The notes below the pieces were generated by a model that ran no database searches, was not told where the DNA came from, and worked only from the letters and a program-made list of their open reading frames with translations. Shown here in pieces: positions 41,783 through 55,739 of a DNA stretch of 64,000 nt. This stretch comes from the human T2T-CHM13v2.0 reference genome, Homo sapiens, in the NCBI RefSeq assembly GCF_009914755.1, contig NC_060947.1; one strand, given 5' to 3'. Numbering within the stretch: the stretch's first letter is position 1; each line of letters opens with the position of its first letter. The translations under genes were made by a program, and so were the position numbers.

Positions 41783-41979
41783 CCCCTGCGCTATTTCTAA
41801 GCACCATTCACCAATTAAAGGACGTTTTGGTTGCTTTCAAGTTTTAGCAATTATAAATAAACCTGCTATATACATTAGTGTGTGGGTGTTTGCATAGAAA
41901 TCAGCTTTCAATTTAGTTAGAAAAATACCAAGGACTGGATTGTATGACAAGAGTGTGTTTAGTTTTGTAAGAAATTGCC

Positions 41980-42793
41980 TATAATGGTTACTTTTATGTG
42001 TCAACTAGATTTGGCCATGGGTTACCCACATAGTCAAACATTATGCATTTGTTTGTGAGAGTGTTTCTGAATAAAACTAACATTTTAATTGGTAGACTGA
42101 GTAAAGTAGATTGTCCTCCCTAATGTTGATGGGCCTCATCTATTTAGTTCAAGGCCTGAATAGAACAAAAAGACTGAATAACAGGTGCTATGGTCAGAAT
42201 GCTTGTGTTCCCCCAAAATTCATATGTTGAAATCCTAACCCTCAATGTGATCATTTTAAGGGTGGGGTGACTTTGGGAGGCGGTTGTATTATGAGGGTGG
42301 AGCCATTATGAATGAAATTAGTGCCCTTATAATAGAGACCCAGGAAAGCTTGCTTACCCCTTCCACTATGTGAAGCCACAGCAAAAAGGCACCACCATGA
42401 GGAACAGGCCCTTAACAGACATAAAATCTTTTGGCACCTGGATCTCTGAGTTTTCAGTCTCTAAAACTAAGCAAAAATAAATATTCATTTTTATAAGCAC
42501 CTAGTTTATGGTATTTTTACAGTAGTTTGAATGAACTAAAAAATATGGGAACTTCTCCTGCCTGAATGCCTTTGAGGTGGGACATTGTTTTTTTTTACAC
42601 CCTCAGACAGGAACTGAAAAATTGCCTCTTCCTTCAGGCCTGCCAGGGTTTGAACTGGAACTATACCATTGGTTCTCCTGGGTTTCCAGCTTACTGACTC
42701 CATATCTTTGGAATTGTCAACCTTCAATATCTGTGTGAGCTAATTCCTTATAATAAATCTCTCTTTCTCTCTCTCTCTCTCTCTCTCCCTATT

Positions 42794-42841
<48 letters not shown>

Positions 42842-42877
42842 ATTGTTTCTTTTTCTCTGGAAAACCATGTAAATACA
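41980..42877 (+). mobile_element. MLT2 (ERVL) solo LTR with internal (CT)(TA)(CA) repeat
   Basis: 'tataatggttacttttatgtgtcaact...ctctggaaaaccatgtaaataca'. TSD ttgcc / ctgcc. Confidence 0.85.
42186..42543 (+). mobile_element. MLT1A-like LTR nested in MLT2
   Basis: 'tgctatggtcagaatgcttgtgttcccccaaaattcatatgttgaaatcctaacc...tttatggtatttt'. Confidence 0.85.
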
Positions 42878-43068
42878 CTGCCAAACTTTCTTCCAAAGGA
42901 GCTGTACTATTTGCCTTTCCACAAGCAAGGGCAAAGAGTTCCTCTGTTGCTCAAAATTTTCACCAGCATTTGATGTTCTCAGTATTTGGGGTTTTTTCCA
43001 TTCTAATAGGTATAGAGCGGTATCTTATTTGTTTTAATTTGCATTTTCCTACAAATATAGGATGTTAA

Positions 43069-43472
<404 letters not shown>

Positions 43473-46400
43473 TGTTTTACTGAGTTTTTAAAATTCCCTT
43501 TATAAGTTGGATAGCAGTCCTTACTAGATACATGCTTTGAAAATAACTTTTGCAATCTGTTGCTTGTTGTTTCATCTTTGAACAGTGTCTTTTGCAGGAT
43601 AGAACTTGGTTATTTTGATGGAGATGAACTTATCATATCAAGCCCAAGGTTATCTAGATTTTCCCCTATGTTACCTTCTAGAAGTTGTATAGTTTTGCGT
43701 TTTATATTTACACATGATGTTTTTCAAGTTAATTTGTGTGTAAGGTGTGAAGTCTGTGTCTATATTTATTTGTGTGTGTATGTGTGTGTGTGTGAATGTC
43801 CAGTTATTACAGCACCATTTGTTGAAATGACTGAATTTTCTCCACTAAATTTACTTTGACCCTTTGTGAAATATCAGTTGACTACATTTGTGTGGATCTA
43901 TTTCTGGGCTATTTTTTATTGGCTTGTCTAATCTTTTCCCTATACCATACTGTTCTCATTCTTGTGGCTTTACAGCAAGTCTTGAAATCTAGTAGTGTCT
44001 TATACTTCAGTATTTTGTTGGCAATTCTGGATGTTTTGACTTTCTATAAAAACTATAAAATGTGTTTATAAATGTCCACAAAATTACTGACTGCGGTGTT
44101 AATTAGTATTGAATCTGATTGAATCTATCAGTCAGGTTGGGATGACCTAACACCTTGCTATGTCCTTATATGTGTACATTAAATGTCTCTCTATTTAAGA
44201 TTTTGTTTCATTTCTTTGATTAAAGTTTTTAGTTTCCTCATATATATATATATAAATAAATACATATTTTGTTAGCATTACATTTAGATATTTCATTTTG
44301 TATGTGAATTATATGTTCCAAAGTTTCCATTTACATTATTTAATATATCTAGTTTTTATTAAAACTCTAAGACATGCAAAGAAACAAAACATATGGGAAC
44401 TAATAAGGGAAAGAACAATCAATAAAAAATGTTCCCGTGGAAGCTAAGACATTGGACTTTCTAGACAAAGATATTGAATCAGTCATTTTACATATGTTAA
44501 AATAACTACATGCAACCATATGTAAATTACTAAAAGAAAACTTGAGAATGTTATCTCTGCAAAATATAGAATATTGATAAAAAGGCAGATACTGTTTTAT
44601 TAAAGAGCCACATACAAATTCTGGAGGTGAGAAGTATAATAAATGTAGTAAAAAATTTACTAATAAGCTCAAAATAAATTTCTATCCGGCAGCAGAATGA
44701 ATTAGAAGCTTGAAGATAGCTCAGTGGAGATTATCTAGTTTCAGAAAAGAAATTTAAAAAAATAATTCAGAGCCTCAGAGTAATGTGGGATACCATCAAT
44801 CATACCAATGTATGCATATGGCAGTTCCAGGATATGAAAAAGAGCAAGCAACAGAAAGATAATTGGAAGAAATAATGACTGAAAACTTCCAAAATTTGAC
44901 AAAAAACATTTATCTTTATATTCAAGAAGTTCAAATACTCCAAGCAGTATAAACCCAAAAAGAACACCACCTAGACGTACCATAATCGAACTGTCAAAAC
45001 CAAAATACAAAGAGAGAAACTTGAAAGGAGCAAGAAGAAAGCAATTCATTGTGTACAAGTGATCTGCAATAAGAATAAAATCCATTTTCTTTTTAGAAAC
45101 AAGGGAGGTCAGGAAATAATGGGATGACATATTCACAAGTGCTGAAAGAAAAATTATAAAGCAAGAATTCTGTATCTAACAAAATTGTTATTCTAAAATA
45201 AAGGCAAAATTAAAGTATTTCCACAAAAATAAAACAGAGTCTATCACTAGCAAATCTGTACTACAATAAATACTAAAGGAAGTACTTCAAGATGAAATGA
45301 AAGGATGCTAAAAACTAATTCTAGTACACATGAAGAAATAAAAGAGCACTGGAAAAGGAAAAGGTAATTATGTATTGATAAAAGATGGTATTTTAAAAGT
45401 AATTTCTTCTTTCAACGAAGGATAAAACAATATGGAAGATCAAAAAGGAAATGGAAGTCTTGAACAACAGTGTAAACAAAATGTACCTAACATACATATA
45501 TAGGAAACTCCACCTAAAAGCAACAGACTATACATCCTTCTCAGGTGCACATGTAGCATTCTCCAGAGTAGATCTTAAACTTGTATATAAAACAAGTATC
45601 TATAAATTTAAAAGGATTGAATTAGTACATAATATTTTCTCCAACCAAATGGAAAGAATACAAATCAGTAAAAGAAACTTTGAAAATTCACAAGTATGTT
45701 TAAATTAAACACTACCACCTTAAACAACCAAGGAGTCAACGAAGAAATCATACACAAAAAAATAGGAAAATAACTGGAGATAAATAAAAGTCAAAATCCC
45801 ACTTACCAAAACTTATAATAAAATTAAGCTAAAGCAGTGGTTAGTGGGAAATTCATAATTCTAAGTGCCTGTATTATGGAAGGGGAAATAGCCAAATTAA
45901 CTCAACTTTCTAACTTAAAAATTAAGAAAAGCAAAGAAAACTAATGCCAAAGCAAGCAGAAGGAAGGAAAATGAAGTCCAAAATAAATAAAGGTGATAAG
46001 AAACAAAATGTTAGAAAACAACCAAAAAATCGACTCTTTGTAAACGTCAACCAAACTGATCAACCTACAGCTAGACTGACCAAGAAAAAAATGCAATATA
46101 CTAAAACCTATAATGAAAGGAGGAGACATTACTATCAATCTTGTAGAAATAAAAAGGATTTTAAGGTAACGCTCTGAAGGATTGGATGTCAACTTGTTAG
46201 ATAATATAGATGTAATACACACATTCCTAGAAGTACACTGTCAAAACTGATGTAAGAGGAAACAGAAAATAAAAATAGAGGAGTAACAAGCAAAGAGACT
46301 GAGTTGGGAAAACCAAGACTTGCTACAAAGAAAAGCTCAGGACCGCATGGCTTCACTAGAGAATTCTTTCAAATGATTAAAGAATAATTATCACAAAATT

Positions 46401-46576
46401 TTAACAAACTCTTTAAAAAAGGAGAGAAATGAACGCTTTCCAACTCATTATATAAAACCCGTGTTTTTTTCATTCCAAAACCAGACAATGGCATTGAAAG
46501 TAAACAGCAGACCAATATTCCTTATGAATATAAACACAAATATCCTCAACATATACTAGCAACATAAATCCAGTGT

Positions 46577-46626
<50 letters not shown>
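46577..46626. repeat. (CT)n(TA)n microsatellite
   Basis: Seen directly in the sequence; abuts the 95-bp inverted copy. Confidence 0.95.
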
Positions 46627-46630
46627 ATTT

Positions 46631-46725
46631 TTTTGCTTCTTATCTCCTTTATTTATTTTGGACTTCATTTTCCTTCCTTCTGCTTGCTTTGGCATTAGTT
46701 TTCTTTGCTTTTCTTAATTTTTAAG
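46631..46725 (-). repeat. 95-bp inverted duplicate of 45914-46008
   Basis: 93/95 identity by manual alignment. Confidence 0.95.
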
Positions 46726-49124
46726 AAAATTTATATAAATCTCATATATATATTTATCATATGTATATGATTATATACCAAGTCAGAAAATGTTTCATGA
46801 TAAAACAGTTATTGAATTTCCTCACTCTAATAAAGGACATTTACAATAGAACTTACCAGTAACATTGTACATAATGGTGACAAATTAAAAACTTTCCCCA
46901 TAAGATCAGGAAAGAAAACAGGGTGTCTGTTCTTGCCATTTCTATATAACATTTAATTAGAAGTTCTATCCAAGGCATTTAGTCAGGAAAACAAAGGCAT
47001 CCAGATTGGAAGGAAAGAAGTAAAACTATCTCTATTTTCAAATGCAATTATTTTGTGTATTGAAAATTCTAAGAAATCCAGAAAATAAAACTATAAGAAA
47101 TAGTAAATATCTTCAGCAAGGTTACCAGATGCAAGATTAATATACAAAAATTATTTGTATTTCTATACACTACCATGGAAAATCTGAAAATAGGATAAAT
47201 AAACGACTTCATTTACAGTAGCATCGAAAGGAAAAAAAGGCTTACGCATAAATTTAACCATGGAAGTGTATGCTGTACACTTGTTCACTGAAAACTAAAT
47301 AAGAAATTGTTGAAAGTAATTGAAGGAAACCTAAATAAATGCAAATGCATTCCTTGTTCATAGATTGGAAAACTTAATATTATTAAGATGGCAATATTTT
47401 CTAAATTGATATTCAGATTCAATGAAACTCATATTAAATGTCCATTTGTTATATTTTCAGAAATGGACAAACCAATTCTAAAATTCATATGAAATTTCAG
47501 GTAATGGCAAATCGTCACAACCAATCTTGAAAAAGAAAACAAAAATAGAACCACTTCACCAATTTCAAAACTTAGTACAAGGCAATGATAACCAACACAA
47601 TGTGGTGCTGACATAAATACAGCCATGTAGATTAATGAGATTAAATTGAGAGTCTAGAAAGAAAACTATATATCTGTGGTCAACTAGTTTTAAACAAAGG
47701 TGATAAAACAGTTCTATGAGGAGAAATGTTTTTTAAACAAATGATGTTTGGATATGTCTACATGCCAAAGAATAGAATTACACCTTTACTTCATACCATA
47801 TACAAATATTAGCTCAAAATTGATCAGATACCTAAATATAAGAGCTAAAACTATAAAAGTCTTAGAACAAATAGTAGGAGTGAGTCTTTGTAACTTTATA
47901 TTAGGCAATGATTTCTTAGATACAATACAAAAAGCACAAGAAACAAAACAAAACGTATATAAATGGTCCTTATAAAATTAAAAACTTCTTTGCCTCAATA
48001 GAGTCCATCAAAAAGTGAAAATTCAGCCCACAGAATGGGGGAAGATTTTTGCAAATTATAGATTTGACAAGTGACCTATATATGTTACATATTACAACTA
48101 TTACAACAATTAAAAGGGAAATGTCTAAATTAAAAATGCAGAAAAAGACTGAATAGTTTTTCAAAGAAGGTATACCAATGGCTAAGTATATGAAAAGATG
48201 TTCAACATCATTAGTCATCAGGGAAATGTAAGTCAAAACCATATAGATGGCTATAATCAATAGGTCAGATGATAACTAGTGTTGGTGGAGATGTGAAGAA
48301 ATTGGAATCTTCATACACTGCTGCTGAGAATGTAAAATGGTGTAGCTGCTTTGTAAACTGACAGCTCCTCAAATGGTTAAACATAGTTACCATGTGATCT
48401 AGTAATTCCACTCCTAGGTAGATACTCTTGAGAAATGAAACATGTATTGACACATAACTTATAAATTACTATTCATAGTAACCAAAAGTGGAAACAATCC
48501 AAATGTCAATTAATTGATTAATGGATAAATATTTTATATCCATACAATAAAATAATATTAAGCAATACATAGAAAGAGTACTGATGTAAGCTATACTATG
48601 GATGAACCTTGACACCCTTGTAGTAAGTGAAAAAAGACAGTTGCAAAAGATCACATGCTGTATTATTTCATTTATACAAAATGTCCAGAATAGGAAAATC
48701 TCTGGAGGTAGAAAATAGATTTATGGTTAGGATTGGCTGGGGAGAAATAGAGGCGGAGGTGGGTAATAATTAAGCAACTTGGATTTTTTTTTTTTTTTTT
48801 AGTGATTAAAACGATTTAAAATTGATTGTAGTGATGGATGCACAAGTCTGTCAATATACTAAAAGCCACTGGATTTTACACTTAAACGGGTGAATTTATG
48901 GTATGTGAATTATATCTCAAAACACACACACACAGACACATAACCCCAGGAATGGGATTGTGTTGAAGGTGTATACTTTGATTCGTATTTATTAAATTTT
49001 TGAAACAGTTTTTTTGCGGGTCCAAAACTTTTTCACAGGGCTTTCAAAACACTATTGACCTTAGAGATGAGACTGTGCTGATGATGCATACTGAGGAAAA
49101 CAGGACTGTCTGTGATCAAGATGG

Positions 49125-49290
49125 GGTTTTAGAGCCAGGCTGACACGAGCTCAAATCCCAGCTTTGATATTGACTAATTACATGGCCTTGGATAATTTAC
49201 TAAATTGCCCAGCACACCAGTTTGCCAATCTGTAAAATGGGAAAAATATCTTTTTCTCAGATTTGTTACCAGAATGAAATTAAATAATTT
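49125..49290 (+). mobile_element. MIR
   Basis: 'tcaaatcccagct...ggccttggataatttactaaatt...cagttt...atctgtaaaatggg'. Confidence 0.75.
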
Positions 49291-49639
49291 TAACCATAAC
49301 ATAATTAATTTGACATAATAGTCATAATCATAATTATTATTTAAATGTGCCTATAAGGATTGATAGAACACTTAAATATGTTCCAATCATACAAGATGGT
49401 CATTCCAAGCAGAGAGAACCATTTGATTAAATACATGAAGGTGAGTAGCATGAGACATATTTGCAGAACTGTGAATGACCCACTTTGATTAAAGCGTATG
49501 GTGCGTGAAAAGGAATAATCTATGGAAAAGCTAATGAATTGGTTGGTACCAGATCTTAGAAGGCAAAACATTTGAAGCTAAGGAGCTGTGAAGAAGCAGT
49601 GAGAGCATTTTTTATTCATTTTTTGAATCCTCAAGACCT

Positions 49640-50945
49640 AGATCTAACAACTTTGATAAAGAAGAACAAAATTGGAGGTTTAAATTATTTGACTTAAAAA
49701 ACTAAAAATTTACATTAATCATGACAGTGTATTAATGACGCTAAGATAGATATATAGATCAATGGAGAAGAATAGATCATCTAGACTCAGAGTCCACACA
49801 CATGATGATTTGGCTTTTGGCAAAGGTGTAACGAGGCAAGTCAGTGGAGAATTCTTTTCAACAAATGGTGCTAGAAAAAATGAATATTAATATGTGTAAA
49901 AATTAACTTTAAGCCATAATTCACACCATACACAAATATTAACTGAAAATGCATCATAGATTTAAACATTAAACCTAAAATTATAAAACTCCTAGAAGAA
50001 AACATAGGAGAAAGTCTTGACCTTCAATTAGACAAATACTTTTTAGATACATCCAATCCCCAAAAGCATGATTTATAAAAGTAAATCTAAATAAATTGGA
50101 CTTCACAATAATTAAGAACCCTGGTCTTCAAAAAATAGCTAGTGGATGGAAAAGGCAAAGCAAATATTGGGAAAAAATATTTTCATATCATGGTAGTGTA
50201 TAGAAATACAATTAATTTTGTATATTAAACTGTTTGATAAACAACCAGTTTCGGGAATATATCAAAATAAGGGAAGGAGCAGAATATTTGAAAAGACAGT
50301 TCCCCGAAAAAGATATACTGATAGCAAACAAGAATGTAAAGAGATGTGCAACATCGGTAACCATTATGGAGATAGTACTACACACCCATTAGAATGGTTA
50401 AAATTAAAAACATGGCCATCCTAAGGATGCGGAATAACTACAACTGTCATATGCTACTGGCAGAAATTTAAAATAGTACAATCACTTTGGAAAACTGTTT
50501 GGCAGTGCCTTAAAAAGTTATCTATAAATCTATTATATGATCCATGTAGTCCACTCTTAGGTATTCACTCAAGAGAAATAAAGGTATATTAAATTTAAAG
50601 ACTGTCATGTGAATGTTCATAGCAGCTTTATTCATAGCAGCCCCAAACTGGGAACAATCCACATTTCATCAATTAAATGGCAAACAGAATGTGGCATATT
50701 CATAAAATTGTGTTTTACTCAACAATTAAAAAATAACTGATACATGCAACAAGGATGAATCTCAAGGAGGAAAATGAGGGTGAGATTACAAAGGAATACT
50801 AAGATACTTTTCTATGTGATAAATGTATTCTCTTGATTGTCATGGTAGTTTTACGGGCGCATACATGTATCAGAACTTATCAGATTGTATATTCTAAATG
50901 TATATGGCTTATTGTATATAAATTATTACTTCCTAAAGCTGTTTT
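49640..50945 (+). mobile_element. L1MC/ME-like ORF2 end and 3'UTR
   Basis: 'ttttcaacaaatggtgctag', 'aaaactcctagaagaaaacataggagaaa', 'gaatgttcatagcagctttattcatagcagccccaaactgg'. Confidence 0.8.
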
Positions 50946-51604
50946 TACAAGGGCATTTCAGTGTTTTTCATTTTGTGTTTTGATTACCATATATAATTTT
51001 GTGTTCATTATGAAGAATGATTATATCCAGAATAATCAGAGCAGGAGAAAGGATACACATTAAACTTGAGTATCAATCCTGGACAAAGGGAAAAAAAGTC
51101 TTCAAGACTTCAGCGAAGCACAACTTGCAACAATATTCCTGTGCAATGAATGGCTGAAAAACTGTCAGATAAACTGGTCTGGCACACACAACTGAGGAAT
51201 GATCCAGTAACTCTTGAGCAAAAGGTGTGTTAATTCTATTGAATCTTAACATGCAAAGACAAAAGTGAGATTTTCCCTGCCAATAGATTTGTTGCATCAA
51301 ATAAATAGTATCCTTGTATTCAGTACTGAAAGGACAATTCCCCTTATTACATGTCTTATCCATCAGTCAAGATTCATTTAGAGTCTCGTAATCCTTCAAA
51401 AAGCATTCTGATAACTCAGTCATTAACTTCTGATCTTTTTTTTCTTATATATGTATATCTCTACTCTTAGCTTCTTGCTAAGTATCTTTTGCTGAATTTA
51501 GGTCAGTCACACAAAGTTTAGCATTTGATTCACCTATAGTTCTTTCATTGAGATCCTTTACTTTTGCTTCCTGACATTGTAAATTTTGAAGCTTTATTGC
51601 CTTG

Positions 51605-51812
51605 TAGTGTAGCCACTAATCAGATGCGGTTGCTTAGCCCTTGAAATGTGGCAAGGGACACATAATTGGATAATAATATATATTTTGGGTTAAATATAAT
51701 ATACTATCATGATTAGTTTCATTTCTTTCTTATTACTTTTTAAATGTGGCTACTATGCAAATTTTAAATTGCATATGTGACTTGCATTATATTTGTATTG
51801 GAAAATGTTGAT
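51605..51812. mobile_element. MER3/MER33-like hAT MITE
   Basis: 'gtagccacta...ttgaaatgtggc' and 'aaatgtggctacta...cattatatttgtattgga'. Confidence 0.65.
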
Positions 51813-51924
51813 CAGGAGAGCAGAGAACTAGTCTTTTATCTCATGATGCTTGACATAGTTTTGGCCATGCATTGGGCACTCAGTAAAGCAAGTGGATTAC
51901 ATTATTGATAATTAGAAGTTAATA

Positions 51925-52140
51925 ATAATTATTATAAATTATTAAACATTTAATATTTACCAGTGTGTTAAATGTTCTATATAAACTTATTGTTGTCCTA
52001 TAAAGCAGGTATTATTTTTCTAATTTTACTTACAAAAAAGTGAAATTCAGACAAAATAAATTACTTGGCCAAGGCCACACATCAGAACTATTTGAACCAG
52101 ACCAACAACTCTGCCCTTAACAACTAACCTGTACTACCCT
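51925..52140 (-). mobile_element. MIR
   Basis: 'gcaggtattatt...attttac...ttacttggccaaggccacac...tttgaacc'. Confidence 0.6.
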
Positions 52141-52885
52141 CTCAGTGGACTTGTTCTTCTTTGCAGCCACGTCTATATTGAAAATAGTGACTATCAATTT
52201 TTGACCATCATGGAGTACCACATGAAAATTCTTAAAGTACACAAAATCTGGACTATAAGCTACTTCTGAAGACTTTTTAAAACATTCTTTAATAATGCCA
52301 TGTTACTGAGGTATTATAATATCATTGCTTTGTTACCCTTGCTTTATTGAACAGAGGAGGTTAATGGCATTAAGTTAAAATTGGAACACCAAATTTGTGT
52401 AATATATAATTTGATTGCACATTAGACCTAAAGCCAAAGCTCCTCCCTGCCTCTAATTTTTTTACCCGAATCTCCTCTTCTCATTTTCATTAAGGAAATG
52501 TTTGCTTTTTATTTGCCTGTTCTCATATTTTCACTGATTTTTTTTCCTTACTGTTTTAATTGGTTTAATGATAACTTCCTTTCATTTTCTTGATTTGGGT
52601 TCCTCTTGGCACACAATACTTGGATGAAAATGGCACTTTTGTCAAATTATTGCCCCTTTTCAGTATTGTAGCAGAAGAAATTCTATACAAATTAATTAAT
52701 CATTGCAAGTTACTGCTAGCCCACAAATTCTAATGCAATGAGAAATTAAAACAAGAGTAAAAAATTCTTGTGGCGGATTACAGACAGTATACAGAGGTGC
52801 TAGAGAACTGTCCTTAGAAGTACAATAAAACACATAATTTTGATCTCCGATAATTAAATTAACTCAATTTGTAATGGGAGTATAA

Positions 52886-53143
<258 letters not shown>

Positions 53144-54898
53144 CAAGGGATAAGCAACATAGAGAAATATGTGAGTCAGAGAAGTCCTATTTAGGTAATG
53201 TGAATTCAGCACTGTCCAGAAGAGAGAGAGAATAAAACTGCAGAAGAGAAACAATTTATTAACCAAAAAGGGGTTATTGTTTGTGGACAGAAATATTTAA
53301 CCGTACCTGACAAAATACTGTCGTACAAATTCTTCATATTTGAAACAGAGATTTTACTTGTTGGAAATTATTCTAAGTAAATCAAAATACAAATTGTAAG
53401 GGAATAATGTACAAGGTTGCTTACAGCAGTTTTCTTTGCAGTGTCAAAATTTCTTTCTTTATATAGACTGATATGTAGATCAATAGATACCTATATAAAG
53501 ACATAGATACTGATATATATATCAGATAAATTTTACTTGGAGTCTTATATGATTTGGTACTCCATTTCAGTTATTCATGATTATCTGCTTCCTGCTCATA
53601 ATTTAAAGAAATGAAAATAATAAACCATTGTTCTGCCTGCCATTATAACCAAGATAATATATTGTTGAAGCAATATATTACAGAGATAAAATCAATCTTC
53701 TATACCTTATGGGTCTTAGAATTGATTTTAGTTCAATAAATTTTTGAAATTTAAGTCTTTTTACCTTTTCAGATTTAAGAATGAGTAGATCATAAGTACC
53801 TTAAAGGTCATGTCAACTCAATATGTGTCTCAAAAATTTGTGAAAAAATAAAAAAAAGATACAATTCAGAATTCTTCCTGATATAAATTACATTTTTCAG
53901 AAATTGTTTTTTGAAATAGCTCTAATCTGGATCAAATTTGTGGTTTTGTACATATCAGAGGAAAGGGTCAAGTTTCTATTTTATATTAATTTTAAATAAA
54001 AATTAAGTGTAATTACCATTTCATTTAGATGTGTTGCCATTAAATTACTTGTAATTAGTTTGCTAGCTTTCAAGTTTTTATTTTTCAGTTTATATGACAG
54101 AATTTAGCTATTACATTCTTACTACATAGTCATACATCTGTACAATTTTGGTGAAAAAAATTCACTTTCTAAAGACTCTTTCTTATTTTTTAAATATTTT
54201 AACATTTTTGTTTTTCCTGTGCTAACATATCTTTTATTTTTGCAAAGAATACATTGTTGTTTGTTGTACTTATCTTTTATCCAGGTATTAACTAAGTCTT
54301 TAGATCTGATAGCTAATGCAGTAGCTTCTTGTGATATGAAGAAATGTGTGCATAGAAAGCAGTTTTATTTGGTTAAAGCATTGTTAGCATTTCGTCTCAT
54401 GAGATAAATTAAATAATTTCATGCCCAACAGCTTCAAATATATTTAAACTTCTGTAAACCTAAGATTGCCAAAATCTAACATATGTTATGTGGTATTTAA
54501 TCCTCCAGGGGAACCAAAGAAACAAAACATGTCTTTTGCAGCAATTAATAAGCTGCAAAAGAGACAACTAGAATCTTTTCTATCAAAATGAGCCACATCC
54601 TTCTGCAGGCCACATCCAACATATACTACTTAAAAAATTTTATTAGGCAGGAATTGTAATTAAAGTTGAGTTTTCTATTCATTCATAATTCTTTTAAAGA
54701 TATGCATTTCTTCTGGATTATATTAAGAGTTAAAATGATGAAACATTTTCTTGCAATTAACATGATCTATATAGAACGCTTTAATTTGTATTTAAAGTAA
54801 AGTAGTAACACATTTTTAAATTTAGTTGCAAAAAAAGAAATCCCAGCAGGATGAGTAAAACCGGTCACATTTGTTAAACATAAATAAAGCAAATTTTA

Positions 54899-55275
54899 TT
54901 GGCTTTGATTTGCATTTTCTTGAGACATCACTTCACATCTGTTAGAATGACTCATCAAAAAAACAATGAAGTTGTGGAGAAACTAGAACTTTTATACACT
55001 GTTGATGGGAATGAAAAATGGTACAGTAGCTATAAAAAACAGAATGAGAGTTCCTCAAAAAGCAAAAATAGAATTACTGTTATGATCCAGCAATTCCACT
55101 TCTGGCTGTGTATCCAAAGAATTAAACTCAGGATAGAGGAGATATATTTGTACTCCCGTGTTCATTGCAGCATTATTCACAATAGCCAAGATATAAAAGC
55201 TATCTCAATGTCCGATGACAGACAAATGGATAAAGAAAATGTGATCTATACATCTGCTTATATATCTATGTATCC

Positions 55276-55318
<43 letters not shown>

Positions 55319-55685
55319 ATCTATTTGAATATACACAATGGAATATTATTCAACATTAAAAAGGAAAGAAATCCTGCCATTTGTGACAACACAAATAAAT
55401 CTGGAGGACATTATGCCAAGTGAAATAAGTCAGTCAAAGAAGGACAAATACTGCACTATTTCACTTATATGAGAGATCTAAAATAGACTCATAGAAACAA
55501 GGAGTATAATGGTGGTTGCCAGAGGCATAACAGGGAGAAATGGGGAATTGCTGTTCAAGGGACATAATGTTTCAGTTACACAAGATGAACAGGTGCTCGA
55601 TTTTTTCTGTACAACATTGTGCCTGTAGTTAACAATAGTGTGTTGTGCACTTAAAATGTTTTAAGAGAGTAGATCTCATGTTAAA
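54899..55685 (+). mobile_element. L1MB/late-L1MA 3' fragment with a tiny 5' inversion
   Basis: 'atgatccagcaattccacttctgg', 'ggaggacattatgccaagtgaaataagtcagtc', 'agagtagatctcatgttaa'. Confidence 0.8.
55271..55324. repeat. (TCTA)n/(GATA)n tetranucleotide STR
   Basis: About 10 consecutive TCTA units seen directly. Confidence 0.95.
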
Positions 55686-55739
55686 TAAGAATTTGATGGG
55701 CAAAAAATTTTTAAATATGTGCATACACTCACAGATTAG

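Larger units (their letters stand above)
44345..48920 (+). mobile_element. L1MB-like element: ORF1 remnant, ORF2 with deletions, 3'UTR
   Basis: ORF2 peptide YIYRKLHLKATDYTSFSGAHVAFSRVD (EN domain). 3' end 'ggtgaatttatggtatgtgaattatatctcaa'. Confidence 0.8.

Noticed and set aside
54899-55423. 174-aa ORF, the longest in the window
   Set aside because: Lies in an L1 3' fragment and reads through a TCTA repeat (IYLSIYLS); no ATG start.
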